DNA from: an uncultured Verrucomicrobiae bacterium
Lineage (GTDB): Bacteria > Verrucomicrobiota > Verrucomicrobiia > Palsa-1439
NCBI GenBank assembly: GCA_963812605.1
Contig: CAWEWF010000006.1
Location: 288,001-352,000 of the forward strand
Direction of reading: 5' to 3'
DNA: 64,000 bases
The notes under the pieces are model-generated. The model did no database searches. It had not been told where the DNA came from and was given only the letters and a program-made list of their open reading frames with translations. The translations under genes were made by a program, and so were the position numbers. The first letter of the stretch is position 1, and each line of letters opens with the position of its first letter. Below, in pieces: positions 1 to 10,542 of the stretch.

Positions 1-71
1 TCCTGAGCTTGTCGAAGGATCTCCGTCGTGTTCCCGTTAGAGACCCACAATCATCTTCCACGCTTGTCGCT

Positions 72-682
72 TCAATGCGAACCCAACGGCTCTCTCGTGA
101 GTGTCACAGCTTCATTGCTCCCTGAACTATTCTTCCGGACCGTCAGCATGACGCTCGTACCGGGAGCGCCTTGAACAGCTGAAACAAAATCCCAATCGGA
201 GACTTGCGTGACATCTTTCCCATCAACCTGGAGTATAGAATCGCCAGGCATCAGGTTTGCCTTGGCTGCCGGTGAATTTGGGGGTAACTTCATCAATCAC
301 GCGAAAGCCCCCATGGGACGTGTACTGGATTCCGATGAAACCCTCACGCGCCTCAAGCTCGTACCCGGAGCCGCCCTGTCGGGGACCTTCGTGCCTGTAG
401 TAAACAAAATAAGATGTGCTCACGCCGCTGGAAAAATTTGTGATATGCAAGTCATCCCAGGAAGCGGATACTCACCATGCTCGCCTTTGTACGCTTTAAT
501 CGCCTTCTCGATATCTGCTTCCGCCAACATAATTGGACGCCATCGTTTCTCGTTAAGCGCCTTGTCCTCTTCAGAGAGCTGGGGAATCGGTAAGATCGTT
601 GGTAGACTACAAACCCGGCCACGCCACCGATAAGAACGCAAAGGAGAAGGAGAATGATAAGGGGGCTTCTCTGTCTGGTCAT
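72..682 (-). CDS. Membrane-anchored PDZ-domain protein (about 3 frameshifts)
   Basis: Four overlapping ORFs join into an N-terminal TM (LIILLLLCVLIGGVAGFVVY) followed by a PDZ domain (GFIGIQY...NSPAAKANLMPGDSILQVDGKDV...VMLTVRK). Confidence 0.55.
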
Positions 683-1119
683 TGCCATGTCTCTCTGAAA
701 CAAGGGCTTGGCTGGCCCAAAGAAAGCGAGCGCGAATATGACGCCTTCAGTAGTTCGCCGGTCTCATCAAACACCCCAGTGTATGTCGTACCGACACACC
801 AAGAGGCCAACAAGGGCGACCCGAGCGTTCTGACACACACGGCGATCAGGAACACGTAAAGAGCAGGCCGCCACAAAAAGAACATGCCCACCAACCCGAC
901 GAGTGCCGCCAGCAGAACCCCGCCCTGCATGATGCCAATAGCAATCCTTGCTGGCTGACTGTAATCGGTTGTCGACTCCCTGCGTGCAGCTTTCTCTGCG
1001 CGCACTACAGATTCCGGAATCATTGGCTTTGTGACGTAATGCGACGTGATTGAACAGGCAACGAGTAGGCAATAAGCGACCAGCAACCACCGAAACTGAC
1101 CTTTGGTGAGCGGTTTCAA
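679..1119 (-). CDS. Hypothetical membrane protein
   Basis: 146-aa ORF with several hydrophobic segments; AAGGAG RBS before a TTG start; 3' end may be frameshifted. Confidence 0.5.
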   Translation of the reverse strand: MKPLTKGQFRWLLVAYCLLVACSITSHYVTKPMIPESVVRAEKAARRESTTDYSQPARIAIGIMQGGVLLAALVGLVGMFFLWRPALYVFLIAVCVRTLGSPLLASWCVGTTYTGVFDETGELLKASYSRSLSLGQPSPCFRETWQ

Positions 1120-1278
1120 TGACTCCTTAGTCTAAGTTCTTAATCGTCGGGCTAACGCTTCAACAATTTACCGCATGGTTCTGGCCGCTCGCCTATGTCC
1201 AAACAGAAGCTCACACCACATCCTATCACACGCGTACCTGGCGCTCACTGTCTCCCACAACTCTCGATCCCCAAGAAC

Positions 1279-1353
1279 CGCCTACTTCACGTCTTTGATG
1301 GCCGCCTTCACCTTCGCCACCAATTCGGGAGGAATGCCCTTGAACCCTTGCGC
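1279..1353 (-). repeat. Displaced duplicate of the 3' 75 bp of the DUF1059-like gene (copy of 1906-1980)
   Basis: 70/75 identical by direct comparison; still reads ...GIPPELVAKVKAAIKDVK*. Confidence 0.9.
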
Positions 1354-1358
1354 TGCCC

Positions 1359-1769
1359 CTACATCTTCTTCTCGCAATTAATCATCCACGGCGTGCCGAA
1401 TTTATCGACGAACATCGCGAACCGTTGCGCCCAGAATGTCTCCTGCAGCTCCATGCAGATTTCGGCCTTGTCCGACAGGCCTTGGTAAATCCGTTCGGCT
1501 TCCGCGGGAGTATCCACGCCAACCGACACCGAGAATCCCTGCGGCTTCTCAAACCGGTCCGGCGGCGCGTCCGAACCCATGAGCACCTGATCGCCCACGA
1601 CCAGGCGCTCGTGGATAATCTTGTTCTGCCAGTCGGGCGCCGTCTGTTTCGACGCGGGCGATTCGCCGTACGTCATCTTCATCGCGATCTTGCCTCCCAG
1701 GCATTTTGTATAAAAATCAAACGCCTCGGCGCATTGTCCCTGGAACATGACATAAGCATTCAATTTCAT
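1359..1769 (-). CDS. VOC/glyoxalase family protein (PhnB-like)
   Basis: F-x-G-x-CAEAFDFY, LMGSD and FWAQRFAMFVDKFGTPWMIN motifs; GGAG RBS. Confidence 0.9.
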   Translation of the reverse strand: MKLNAYVMFQGQCAEAFDFYTKCLGGKIAMKMTYGESPASKQTAPDWQNKIIHERLVVGDQVLMGSDAPPDRFEKPQGFSVSVGVDTPAEAERIYQGLSDKAEICMELQETFWAQRFAMFVDKFGTPWMINCEKKM

Positions 1770-1908
1770 CGTGGTCTCCTTTGGATGGGAATGATGGTGA
1801 ATTTCGGTTGTCTGAGTCGCGTGTGCTCCGAAACAAAATTACACCACACACGCTGAACGCGCAATTGACGTTCACAATCACCGAGAGAGGTCGACCTGCC
1901 GGAAACGC

Positions 1909-2088
1909 CTACTTCACGTCTTTGATGGCGGCCTTCACCTTCGCCACCAATTCGGGCGGGATGTCCTTGAACCCGTGCGCCGTCCGCGCGTGTTCCTGCA
2001 ACTTCTTCATCAATTCCGCCTCGGTCTCCGCGCGCGCCTCAAAATCGCACGCCACGCCAACATCCGAACATTTCATGCTCTTCGCCAT
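1909..2088 (-). CDS. Small DUF1059-like metal-binding protein (59 aa, below the ORF-track cutoff)
   Basis: Manual translation MAKSMKCSDVGVACDFEARAETEAELMKKLQEHARTAHGFKDIPPELVAKVKAAIKDVK; C-x6-C and H-x4-H; GGAGG RBS. Confidence 0.85.
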   Translation of the reverse strand: MAKSMKCSDVGVACDFEARAETEAELMKKLQEHARTAHGFKDIPPELVAKVKAAIKDVK

Positions 2089-2307
2089 GACTGCCTCCGG
2101 GTGGTTGATCGTTGCCCCAGAGTCTGCCCCGAACGCCGCCGACCTTCAACAAAGAAATGACCGTTTCGCAGAAACGGCCTACAGTACGTCTGTCATGAGT
2201 GGTTGTATCAAGATGCGCCCTCCGTGTCTCTGTGGTGAACTTCCTCCGTCGCCCTCGTTGAGCGTTGAGCGTTCAGCGTTGAATGTTAAACGTTCGTTCC
2301 GTCCCGG

Positions 2308-4398
2308 TTACTGCCGACCTTGCAGCCGCACGAGGGCGTTGCTCGCCGCGGTAAAATCCGGTTGAAGTTGGAGGACCCGTTTGTATTGTTCGATCGCTTC
2401 CGGCATCCTGCCCTGCTGTTCCAAGGCGGTCCCCAGACTGTAGTGCGCCTGAATATCGTCCGGTTGAATCCGCAATACCTGCTCCCAGTGCGCCATCGCC
2501 TCCGGCATCCGCCCCAGACCGGCCAGGACCAGGCCAAGATTGTAATGGGCCTCGGCGTACTCGGGATCGAGACGCAACGCCTCCTCGTAATGCGGAATCG
2601 CCTCTGACGCCCGGTTCTCCAACGCCAGAGCGTTTCCAAAACCCCATTGCGCCGGGGCATACTCGGGATCGACCCGCAATGCTTTTTCTAGCGCTCAATC
2701 GCTTCCGGCGCCCGGTTCTGCATCAGGAAGCATTCCGAAATAGAAGTATGTCCCCGCATAATCGGGATTGATCCGCAACGCTTCCTGGAAATGCCCCATC
2801 GCCTCGGGCACCCGACCCTGTCGCAAAAGCGCGCTCCCGAACCCGAGGTGCGCCTCCAGATAATCCGGCCGGATCCCAGCGCTTCTACATACTCCCCGTC
2901 CGCATTTTCCGTCTGGCCAAGCCTGGCAAGCACCGTTGCCAGATTGAAATGCACTTCCGCGTTGCCGGGATCGATCTGCAAGGCCCGTTCATACTGCCGG
3001 ACCGCGGCTTCAAAGCCGCCCAATTGCGACATCACCAGGCCCAGCGCGTTGTGCGCTGCGCGCTGCCCTGGCGCGATCTTCACATATCGTTCCGCGCAAT
3101 CGAGCGCCTCCCGCCCCGGCCTTGATCCACCAATGACATCACCACCAACCCATTCGGCAGTTCCCAGTCGGGAAACTCCGCCAGCACGGCCCGCCAGAGT
3201 GTTTCGTCGTCGTGCCAAACCAGGATCATCCGGTGGGTGAGCCGTCCGAAACCGCACACGGCGACCACCAGCAGCCCGACCAACGCCGCGCGCGCGCCGT
3301 TCGCCGAATGCCGCCACAACCACACCGCCGCTCCTCCCGCCAACAACAGCAGCGGTAGCATCGCCTGATACGCATAGCGCGGGGCCATGGCCTGCGAACC
3401 GCCCTGCATTGGCCCGGACACGGGAAGAATCATCATGGCGTACGCCGCGCAGCCCACCACCAGCGCCGGCGTCTGACGCCAACGCCACACCGCCACGAAA
3501 GCGATGGTCCCGACGCTGAGCACTGATAGCAAAATCGGCCATTGCTCAAGGGAAAGTCCCGACGGCAACGGATAGAATGGCGACAGGTGCGCCGCCAGAG
3601 AAGCTTCGCCGGTAAAACGCCAGGTTCTCGAACATCAACAGCACGCGTTGTGTCGCCGGTAACGCTTTCATCGGTACCATCGGGCCGTAAACCGCCAGCC
3701 GGTGATCATCGTCGCCGCCACCACCAGGATTCCCAGCCCGAGCAACGGGATTTTCTCAATCAACAGTTGGCGCCAACCAGCCTCCTGGTGCCGCCGCAGC
3801 GGAAAGTAATCAATCGCCAGCATCGTCAGCGGCAGCGACACCGCAATCGGCTGGCTCACCACCGCCCCGGCATACAGCGCCCACACCAGCCACCGCCGCG
3901 CGCCCGCCACATACGCCCAGACACTGCCGATGCCGAACGTCGCGCATAACAAATGCGTGCGCCCGGAATCCACGCCACCGTCTCCACTTGCAACGGATGA
4001 ACCGCGAACACGACAGAGACACCGCACGCTGTCGCCAGCCGCTCGCCCGTTGTCAACGAGGTCGCGCCCAATAGCGTCCACGCCAGTCCGAACACAAGTA
4101 CAGCGTTGACCGCATGCAAAACCACGTTGGTCAGATGATGCCCGGCCGCCTTCTTCCGCCAAAGCTGGTAGTCAAGCGACCGTGAAAGGCGCGCCAACGG
4201 TTGGTAGTATGGTTGCGCGGATGTGAACGCCCAGTGCACGGCTCCCCAGCTAAGACCGTCCCACCGGATCGCTTGATGCAGATTTTCCCAGTCGTCTCCC
4301 CGGAGAAATTCGCCATCAAGGCTCGGGCGGTACAGGCAGAAAGTGGCCGCAAATATCACCAGCCCCAATCCAAGCAACCTCGTGCGGCTTTCGTTCAT
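2308..4398 (-). CDS. TMTC-like GT-C glycosyltransferase with C-terminal TPR repeats (multiple frameshifts)
   Basis: GDD motif, YQPL..LS..LD, GHHLTNVVLH, FAVHPLQVETVAWI and WHDDETLW, then TPR repeats (AEAHYNLG, AHYSLGTAL) spread over several frames. Confidence 0.75.
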
Positions 4399-4539
4399 GC
4401 AAATCAGGAAGGCTGGCTTCCCGTAACGCTCTCCTCCTTGTTCGAAGCCGCGCCAGTGTAAAGGCGCGAAAACAATTCGGCAAGCCGCGATTGCAAAACA
4501 CCGCCCTCGTTGAGCGGCCTGCCCCGAATTCTTTTCGGG

Positions 4540-4611
4540 GTTGAGCGTTCAGCGTTGGATGTTGAACGTTTACTTCTTTGCAGTTCCGCTACGGTTCCGC
4601 AACCAACACGC
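4540..4611 (-). repeat. 72-bp direct repeat of 5405-5476 (prepilin gene 3' end plus downstream heptamer array)
   Basis: 69/72 identical by direct comparison. Confidence 0.9.
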
Positions 4612-4633
4612 GGCTGCGTGTCCGTTTGCACGT

Positions 4634-4867
4634 TCAATGCGCCCGGCGCAGTGGCCCCTTCGCCGCTTGAATCAAAGTCCGCAAAGCCGCATTGACCGAT
4701 TGCTCGTCCGAAAAATACTCGGCCACGTCCGGTGACAGAAGCACGAGATTCGTCCCCGCTCGATAACGCGTGATATATTTACCGCGTGTGCCCCCCTTCA
4801 ACGTCGACAAGTCATACTCGGGCCTTAGTTCGACCCGCCTCCGCCTTTTCTCACTTGTTTTCTTCAT
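4634..4867 (-). CDS. BrnA-like antitoxin (no adjacent toxin)
   Basis: LRPEYD...RGKY...VLLSPDVAEYF...VNAALR pattern. Confidence 0.65.
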   Translation of the reverse strand: MKKTSEKRRRRVELRPEYDLSTLKGGTRGKYITRYRAGTNLVLLSPDVAEYFSDEQSVNAALRTLIQAAKGPLRRAH

Positions 4868-4957
4868 TTGGAATCAGGTCTCAACCTCAAACCTTACGCG
4901 CCTTCCCCACTTGTCCAATCACTCCCACCCTATCACGCCATGCACACTTTGCCGCCC

Positions 4958-5283
4958 TCATTGAATCTCCAGCGATACGATCTTGTCGTTTTCGAGCGTG
5001 AACGTGTAATCGAGCTCGACCTGATCCCGGGGAAGTTGCCGGTCAACCGGGCGCGAAGTCTCACGATGTTCCCGTCCACCGCAACATCGAGAGGTTCCGC
5101 AATATACCGGTACTTCGCGTCCGTTTCCCGCTTCCAGGACGTTATCGCATCGAGCCCACGATAGTCGCGGTCTTCGTCATGCACCAGCGCGTCGTCCGCA
5201 AAGCAAAGAGCCAGCATGTCCACATCCCTGGCTTTCACCGCCGCCAGGTAGGTGGCGACCGGCCCGGGCAGATTTAATGGCAT
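4958..5283 (-). CDS. SnoaL/NTF2-like protein (frameshift near 5025)
   Basis: CFADDALVHDE...GLDAI...GNFPG, continuing in the other frame as VELDYTFTLENDKIVSLEIQ*. Confidence 0.8.
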
Positions 5284-5453
5284 CGCCTTGTCCTTGTAGA
5301 TCGCACAGGATGGAATTTAGTAGCATCCTCACGTCCTCGCAAGTACGCGCATCACTTCATTTCCGTTCGCCCTTTCCGCCTTCCGCTTTCCGCTCTCCTT
5401 GGACGTTGAGCGTTCAGCGCTGGATGTTGAACGTTTACTTCTTTGCAGTTCCG

Positions 5454-6077
5454 CTACGGCTCCGCCACCAACACGCTGTCATTGGGATCGTCATTCGTGC
5501 CCGCCGCCGACGGCAGACTGTTCTCCCAAGCCACATGCCCGTCATTGAAAAGCACATGCCCGCCGGCATCCTTGTGGGGCGCGGTAGGGGAGACGCTGGT
5601 TGACCATTTCGCGCCTTTCGTGTACCCCGCCGCGGTCACGGACTTGCCCATCCGATCCATCGCGATGATCGAATCCGGCTGGTCCTCCCAGACCAGGCCA
5701 ACCGAATACGAATAGCTGATCGCCATGCTGGACGCCGAATTCGTCAGCGGATAACTGGCCTGCATCTTCGCCGCGCTGTCACTCGGGCACGTGAAAATCT
5801 TCGCCGAAGTGATTACATTGCTCAACAGATTGAACGAGCCCGCCAACGTGGGGCCGCTGGCGAGGTCTTGGGGCATCCGACCGTTGTAACCGTCCGCGTA
5901 CATCGCGATGCCCAGGCCGATTTGCTTGAGGTTGTTCAGGCAGGCCGCCCGATGCGCCTTTTCGCGGGCCGCGCCGAGCGCGGGCAGCAGCATCGCCGCC
6001 AGAATCCCAATGATCGCGATGACCACCAACAGTTCGATGAGGGTGAACCCGGCGCTGTCTCTCGTGGAACGTTTCAT
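5454..6077 (-). CDS. Prepilin-type N-terminal cleavage/methylation protein with H-X9-DG domain (DUF1559-like)
   Basis: [49 protein letters not shown]. Confidence 0.9.
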   Translation of the reverse strand: MKRSTRDSAGFTLIELLVVIAIIGILAAMLLPALGAAREKAHRAACLNNLKQIGLGIAMYADGYNGRMPQDLASGPTLAGSFNLLSNVITSAKIFTCPSDSAAKMQASYPLTNSASSMAISYSYSVGLVWEDQPDSIIAMDRMGKSVTAAGYTKGAKWSTSVSPTAPHKDAGGHVLFNDGHVAWENSLPSAAGTNDDPNDSVLVAEP

Positions 6078-6212
6078 AGCTCGGTCCTCCGTACGGTTGT
6101 TCGAGGACTGCATGCCCGCGCCTGCGTAACCTTACGCCGCCATACCTCGCGAAGCACGTAAACACCCTGTAAAATAGCGCGTGTGGATGAGCAGAACCCA
6201 TCTCATAAATAG

Positions 6213-6400
6213 TGGTGGGACAGGCCTCTGTGCCTGTCAAAACCTATTGCCACAGGCCCCGAAAGCTTTCGGGGTGCCACCAAAGGTTTATGGGACTAGT
6301 GGTGCGACACGCTTCATTTGCAGGGTCGTTGGTAGGGACGGCTCGCCGAGCCGTCCGCGATTCCGCGCTGGCGCGGCGCGGTGGGCCACCGCGCTCCACC
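6213..6400. repeat. Cluster of GTGG/GTAG-tagged REP-like palindrome pairs
   Basis: TGGTGGGACAGGC...GTGCCACCA (6213-6282; related copies at 34331-34478, 43221, 55667) and GGTAGGGACGGC...CTCCACC (about 6331-6400). Confidence 0.75.
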
Positions 6401-6462
6401 CATCGAATGAACTGTGTCGCATCACTAGTTCTCGTGCGCAGCCGCCTATTTCCCGCACGAAA

Positions 6463-7914
6463 TCAAGGCGTGATGTCGAACCGGTAGAAGCCTTGCGGAG
6501 CGAGGGCGGCGCCGAAGTTGGTCACAGTCAGCAATGCGCCGAGGCTGTTGCTCACACAGGCATCGGCGATGTTCGACCAATTGCCGGAGGTGAGATCGGT
6601 AGTGTACTGCAACTGGTACATTTCGCCGGCGACTGATGGGACCGCGACGACGATATTGCTGTCCGCCATGCTGAGGCTGCTGATTTGATTCGCCGGAGGA
6701 TTGAGCGGGACACAGAGCTTGAAGATAGTGCCGTAAGCGCCACCATCATTCGTTCCGCCAAGACTCGTAGTCCCATAAAAAGCACCGTCGCTACCCTGAA
6801 CCAGTCCTCCAATAGGGTCAAAGCCGTCCGGGGACGGGAAGCTGGATAAACTGCCAAATTGCCATAACGGAGTCAGCGTGCCGGTCGAGGTGATCTTGAA
6901 GGCGGTTCCAAAAGAATGAAACTGGTCTGTCCCGCCGCTGGAAGCGGTCTCATAGAAACTGCCATCGCTACCAAGAACCAATGCTGCATATGGACGGACG
7001 CCATCTGCGACGTTTGACAAGCTGCCAAATTGCCATAGCGGCGTCAGTGTGCCGGTTGGAGTAATCTTATAAACAGTACCGCCTGCATAACTGCCTCCGC
7101 CATAGGTTGTCCCATAGAAAAGGCCATCACGTCCCTGAACCAATGCTGCAAATGGTGAGGCGCCATCCATGCCACCCGTAAATTGCCAAATGTTGGTTAG
7201 CACGCCTGCTGGGGTGATCTGAAACACGGTGCCGTGGTTGAACGTACCGCCATGGGCGGCTGTCCCGTAGAAATTACCATCGCTTCCTTGAATAAGAGGC
7301 GCGTCCGGATCAGTCCCATCCCCGGTGAAATTGCCAAACGAATAGAGAGTTGTCAGGCTGCCATCGGGAGTGATCCGAAACACCGTGCCGTGATTGTTCA
7401 ACCGTTCCCCAATTGTTGTGCCGTAGAAATTGCCATCGCTTCCTTGAATTAACCCATTCGGTCCTCCACCGTCTGCGTCATTCGACAAACTGCCAAACTG
7501 CCACAACGGTGTCAGCGTGCCGGCGGATGTGATTTTATAGGCAGTGCCGTAAAAGCGGTTTGTCCCGCCGAAGGCGGTCGTTCCGTAGAAATCGCCATCA
7601 CGACCTTGGACCAGCCCCGAGGAGAGGACGTTGCCGTCTGCATCGTTGGATAAACTGCCAAAGTGCCAGAGGGTGGTCAGCGTGCCCTGCGGGGTGATTT
7701 TGAATACCGTACAATTGACTTGGTTAGTGCAACCACTGGTCCCATAAAAATTGCCGTCGCGGCCCTGGATCAGCGTCACCCCGGGGTTGCCACCGTCCGC
7801 GTCGTTCGACAAACTGCCGAACTGCCAGAGCGGCGTGAACGTTTGGCCGCTGGCATTTCTCCCCCAACAAGCGAAGAGCAATGACATCAAGACAAAAAGT
7901 CCCGGCCGCTTCAT
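6463..7914 (-). CDS. Secreted Gloeo/Verruco (GloVer) tandem-repeat protein
   Basis: Signal peptide; about 7 repeats of LVQGxDGxFYGTT..GGT...GTVFKIT..GTLTxLWQF; C-terminal YQLQ...W...FYR domain. Confidence 0.9.
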   Translation of the reverse strand: MKRPGLFVLMSLLFACWGRNASGQTFTPLWQFGSLSNDADGGNPGVTLIQGRDGNFYGTSGCTNQVNCTVFKITPQGTLTTLWHFGSLSNDADGNVLSSGLVQGRDGDFYGTTAFGGTNRFYGTAYKITSAGTLTPLWQFGSLSNDADGGGPNGLIQGSDGNFYGTTIGERLNNHGTVFRITPDGSLTTLYSFGNFTGDGTDPDAPLIQGSDGNFYGTAAHGGTFNHGTVFQITPAGVLTNIWQFTGGMDGASPFAALVQGRDGLFYGTTYGGGSYAGGTVYKITPTGTLTPLWQFGSLSNVADGVRPYAALVLGSDGSFYETASSGGTDQFHSFGTAFKITSTGTLTPLWQFGSLSSFPSPDGFDPIGGLVQGSDGAFYGTTSLGGTNDGGAYGTIFKLCVPLNPPANQISSLSMADSNIVVAVPSVAGEMYQLQYTTDLTSGNWSNIADACVSNSLGALLTVTNFGAALAPQGFYRFDITP

Positions 7915-8163
7915 ATGGACACCACCTCCTTGGTGGCGAGTATCCACCACATAGTATGGCAGTCAAGCGCGAATACCGTGCCGCCTACTTCGTGCTCTTC
8001 CTGCACTTCGTGGTGAATCCGATCGCATGTACCAAGCTCTGCGCTGTCTGCGCGCTAAAGAAATAATCCTAGCCCACGTTAGGTCAATTCCCCCATAGCG
8101 AAAGTCAGTCCCCGGCGTTACGTTTGATGCAGGAAAACAATGCCAACATAAGGAGCGTTGGTT

Positions 8164-8508
8164 ATGAAACGAAATATCACATTGGCAATGTGCGCGATAT
8201 TGGTCGTCGCCACGCTAACACTGGCAATTCGGGTTTCGGCGGACAACCCGCCTCCCACGCCGGGCATGCCCATCTACAGCGGCGTACTCCGCGCTTTGGA
8301 TCTGCAGGGGCGGACGATTGTAGTCGACGGCTCCGCCGTCCCGCAAAGGTTTGTCGTTCCGAACGATGCCGAAATCATCGTAAAAGATAAAGCCACCGGC
8401 GCGCTCGGCGATCTCGCCGTGGGCAATGGAGTCCAGGTCAAGTACACGAACGAAGGCGGCGTTCTCGTAGCGCACCAAATCTCCGTCCTCGGCCTCAAAG
8501 CTCCGTAA
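8164..8508 (+). CDS. Secreted hypothetical protein (possible OB-fold/DUF5666-like)
   Basis: Signal peptide, AGGAG RBS, beta-rich pattern LGDLAVGNGVQVKY. Confidence 0.6.
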   Translation: MKRNITLAMCAILVVATLTLAIRVSADNPPPTPGMPIYSGVLRALDLQGRTIVVDGSAVPQRFVVPNDAEIIVKDKATGALGDLAVGNGVQVKYTNEGGVLVAHQISVLGLKAP

Positions 8509-8550
8509 TACCGGGCATCTCAGTCGCTGTCGCGCTGATTGCTACGGCGT

Positions 8551-8889
8551 TTAGTGCACGCTTACCAAATGCACCTTCGCGCTCGAGAGCCAAGCGAAAC
8601 CCCACAAGAACGTCAAAACGACGGAAACAATTGACCAGCGGGGCAGATGTTTATCGCGGACGGAGCCCGAATTTCTCAATATGGCAACGACCGCAAGAAT
8701 GCCCGCGACCGAGGAAACAACCAGAAACAATCCCGTAAGGTTAAAAAGAAATACTTCCATACGATGCGCAGCCCATGAGATTTGATACGGCAATCCCCAG
8801 ATAATCAGCCCTCCCAATACAGAGCCAACAAGCATTCCATTCTGAAACAAAAGAAAAGCGTGGGAGCGAACTCTAATTGGAATTCTCAT
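8551..8889 (-). CDS. Hypothetical membrane protein (lower GC)
   Basis: 112-aa ORF with 3 hydrophobic segments. Confidence 0.5.
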   Translation of the reverse strand: MRIPIRVRSHAFLLFQNGMLVGSVLGGLIIWGLPYQISWAAHRMEVFLFNLTGLFLVVSSVAGILAVVAILRNSGSVRDKHLPRWSIVSVVLTFLWGFAWLSSAKVHLVSVH

Positions 8890-8972
8890 TGCTATAACAA
8901 CGCTTACCTCTGCAGCACAGTTCGACGTTGAGCGTTTAGCGTTGAAAGTCGAACGTTAAGGAGTTATCCGGA

Positions 8973-10430
8973 TCACCACGTATATCTCACCGTATACGTC
9001 ACCACCTGCTCGCCGTCTTTGTCCACCTTCACGGGAAAATGAATCGTGTTGGAGTCGTACTTCGTCCATTTCTGGTTCGACTCGGTGATCTCCCAGTTGT
9101 TCCAGCGGTAGAGGGTTTCCTTAACGAGGACTTCGACCGGCTCGGTCTTGTGGTTGCGGACGCGGATCTCGAAGCTCTCGGTAATGACGTGCCGGCCCGC
9201 ATCTACGTGAAAGTCCGTGCGTTTGCGTTCGCCGACGATGTCGAATGCGTCGCCGAGGTGCAGCTTGACGGTCTCATCCTTCGGCGTGTGGTCGATCTCG
9301 TCCTCGCCGATGAACTCCAGCGAGCCGTCGGCTTCATCGCGCTTATAGAGCCGCATCTTGCCCTTCGGCAGCGCCATGCCCATGTTGTTCTCCTTGGAAT
9401 TCTTCACCTCGATGACCACGTTGACCTTCTTATTGCCTTCTTCGCTGCCGTAGTTGGCATCCTCGTTCAATCCGCCGTAGAACCGGTACTGCGGCGCGCC
9501 GTCATAAAGAAAAACCTTCTTCACCGGCACGTCCGCCGCCTTCAGTAACTCGATCTGCTTGGTCTGGTTTTGCGCCACGGTTGCAGGGCGACCCAGCGTG
9601 TAGAGGTGATATTCAAAGAACGCCTTCTCCGCGAAACCCGGTTCCTTCGCTCTCGCGCCCGCGAACATCGCCACCGGCCCGCTTGTCTCCACCGCCGGCG
9701 CCACACGCCGCACGTCTCCTGCCATCAACTTCAGTTTCGCGTCTTTGTACGTCGCGCCCGACTGATTATTGATCGTGACCCAACCGCCGAGATCGAGTTT
9801 GGTGTCGTTGGGATTCAACGTGGCGTTGTAGTCCGCCTGCCAGGTGATGCCTGCGGTTTGATACGCCACTTCGATGAGTTGCTGTCCGACTTTTTCCGTC
9901 GCGAGCTTCCAAACCAGCGTCGGCTTGGTGATCAATCCTTCCGGCAGCGCGCCAAACTGGATGTCCTTCACGTTGTCGCCGCGTTGCACCATCACGATCT
10001 CCGCCTTCTCGCCCTCCTGCCGAATCACCAACTGGTTCGCATCGAAGCTCAAGAGACTGCCCGAATACCGCGAACCATCCTTCGTCAACACGGCAATCTG
10101 CTTGTCGATGTACTTTTCCAGAAGCTTGTCGGCGGACACCAGATCGTACTCGTAATTCTGCTCCAGCACCGTTGCGTCCGGGTCGGTGAGCGATTTGAAT
10201 TGTACGCTGGTCCCATCGATCTGCGACGCCACATCATCAAAACGGATCGTGCCCGTCTTTTCTTTGACGTCCACATTGCGTTTCTCGCGCACCACGCCGA
10301 AATTCTGGTTGTAGATCGTCAGCGCAATGCCCTCGCTGTCGGTTGTAGCCGCCGCCGTCCCGGCGGCCGGTGCGTTGGCGGCGACGAACGCGAACGCCAG
10401 TGGAATCATCGTCAGGCTGCGTAGCTTCAT
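8973..10430 (-). CDS. DUF4139 domain-containing secreted protein
   Basis: LTIYNQNFGVVRE, EQNYEYDL, WQADY, YHLYTL, FIGEDEIDHTP. Confidence 0.9.
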   Translation of the reverse strand: MKLRSLTMIPLAFAFVAANAPAAGTAAATTDSEGIALTIYNQNFGVVREKRNVDVKEKTGTIRFDDVASQIDGTSVQFKSLTDPDATVLEQNYEYDLVSADKLLEKYIDKQIAVLTKDGSRYSGSLLSFDANQLVIRQEGEKAEIVMVQRGDNVKDIQFGALPEGLITKPTLVWKLATEKVGQQLIEVAYQTAGITWQADYNATLNPNDTKLDLGGWVTINNQSGATYKDAKLKLMAGDVRRVAPAVETSGPVAMFAGARAKEPGFAEKAFFEYHLYTLGRPATVAQNQTKQIELLKAADVPVKKVFLYDGAPQYRFYGGLNEDANYGSEEGNKKVNVVIEVKNSKENNMGMALPKGKMRLYKRDEADGSLEFIGEDEIDHTPKDETVKLHLGDAFDIVGERKRTDFHVDAGRHVITESFEIRVRNHKTEPVEVLVKETLYRWNNWEITESNQKWTKYDSNTIHFPVKVDKDGEQVVTYTVRYTW

Positions 10431-10527
10431 AACAGTTCCTCCGTGGATGTCCGACACCGCCATCCTACAAGAGTTCCCCGCCGGGTGCGATATTTTCAGG
10501 AAAACTTTCCAAATGAGCTGGACTGCC

Positions 10528-10542
10528 TATAATGCGCGCATG
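10528..10542 (+). promoter_or_regulatory. Putative leaderless promoter (-10 TATAAT 6 nt before ATG)
   Basis: TATAAT-GCGCGC-ATG with no SD sequence. Confidence 0.6.

Noticed and set aside
1120-1200. Possible attC remnant (GTTAGCC on the minus strand before the 679-1119 gene)
   Set aside because: Only an R'-like heptamer; no matching R'' or L boxes found.
6700-7830. Recurrent DNA motifs (AAACTGCCAAA, CAGCGTGCCGG)
   Set aside because: Explained by the protein's GloVer tandem repeats.
10327-10539. N-terminal 71-aa extension of the fusion ORF given in the track
   Set aside because: It overlaps the divergent DUF4139 gene; FixC homology and a -10 box point to the ATG at 10540.
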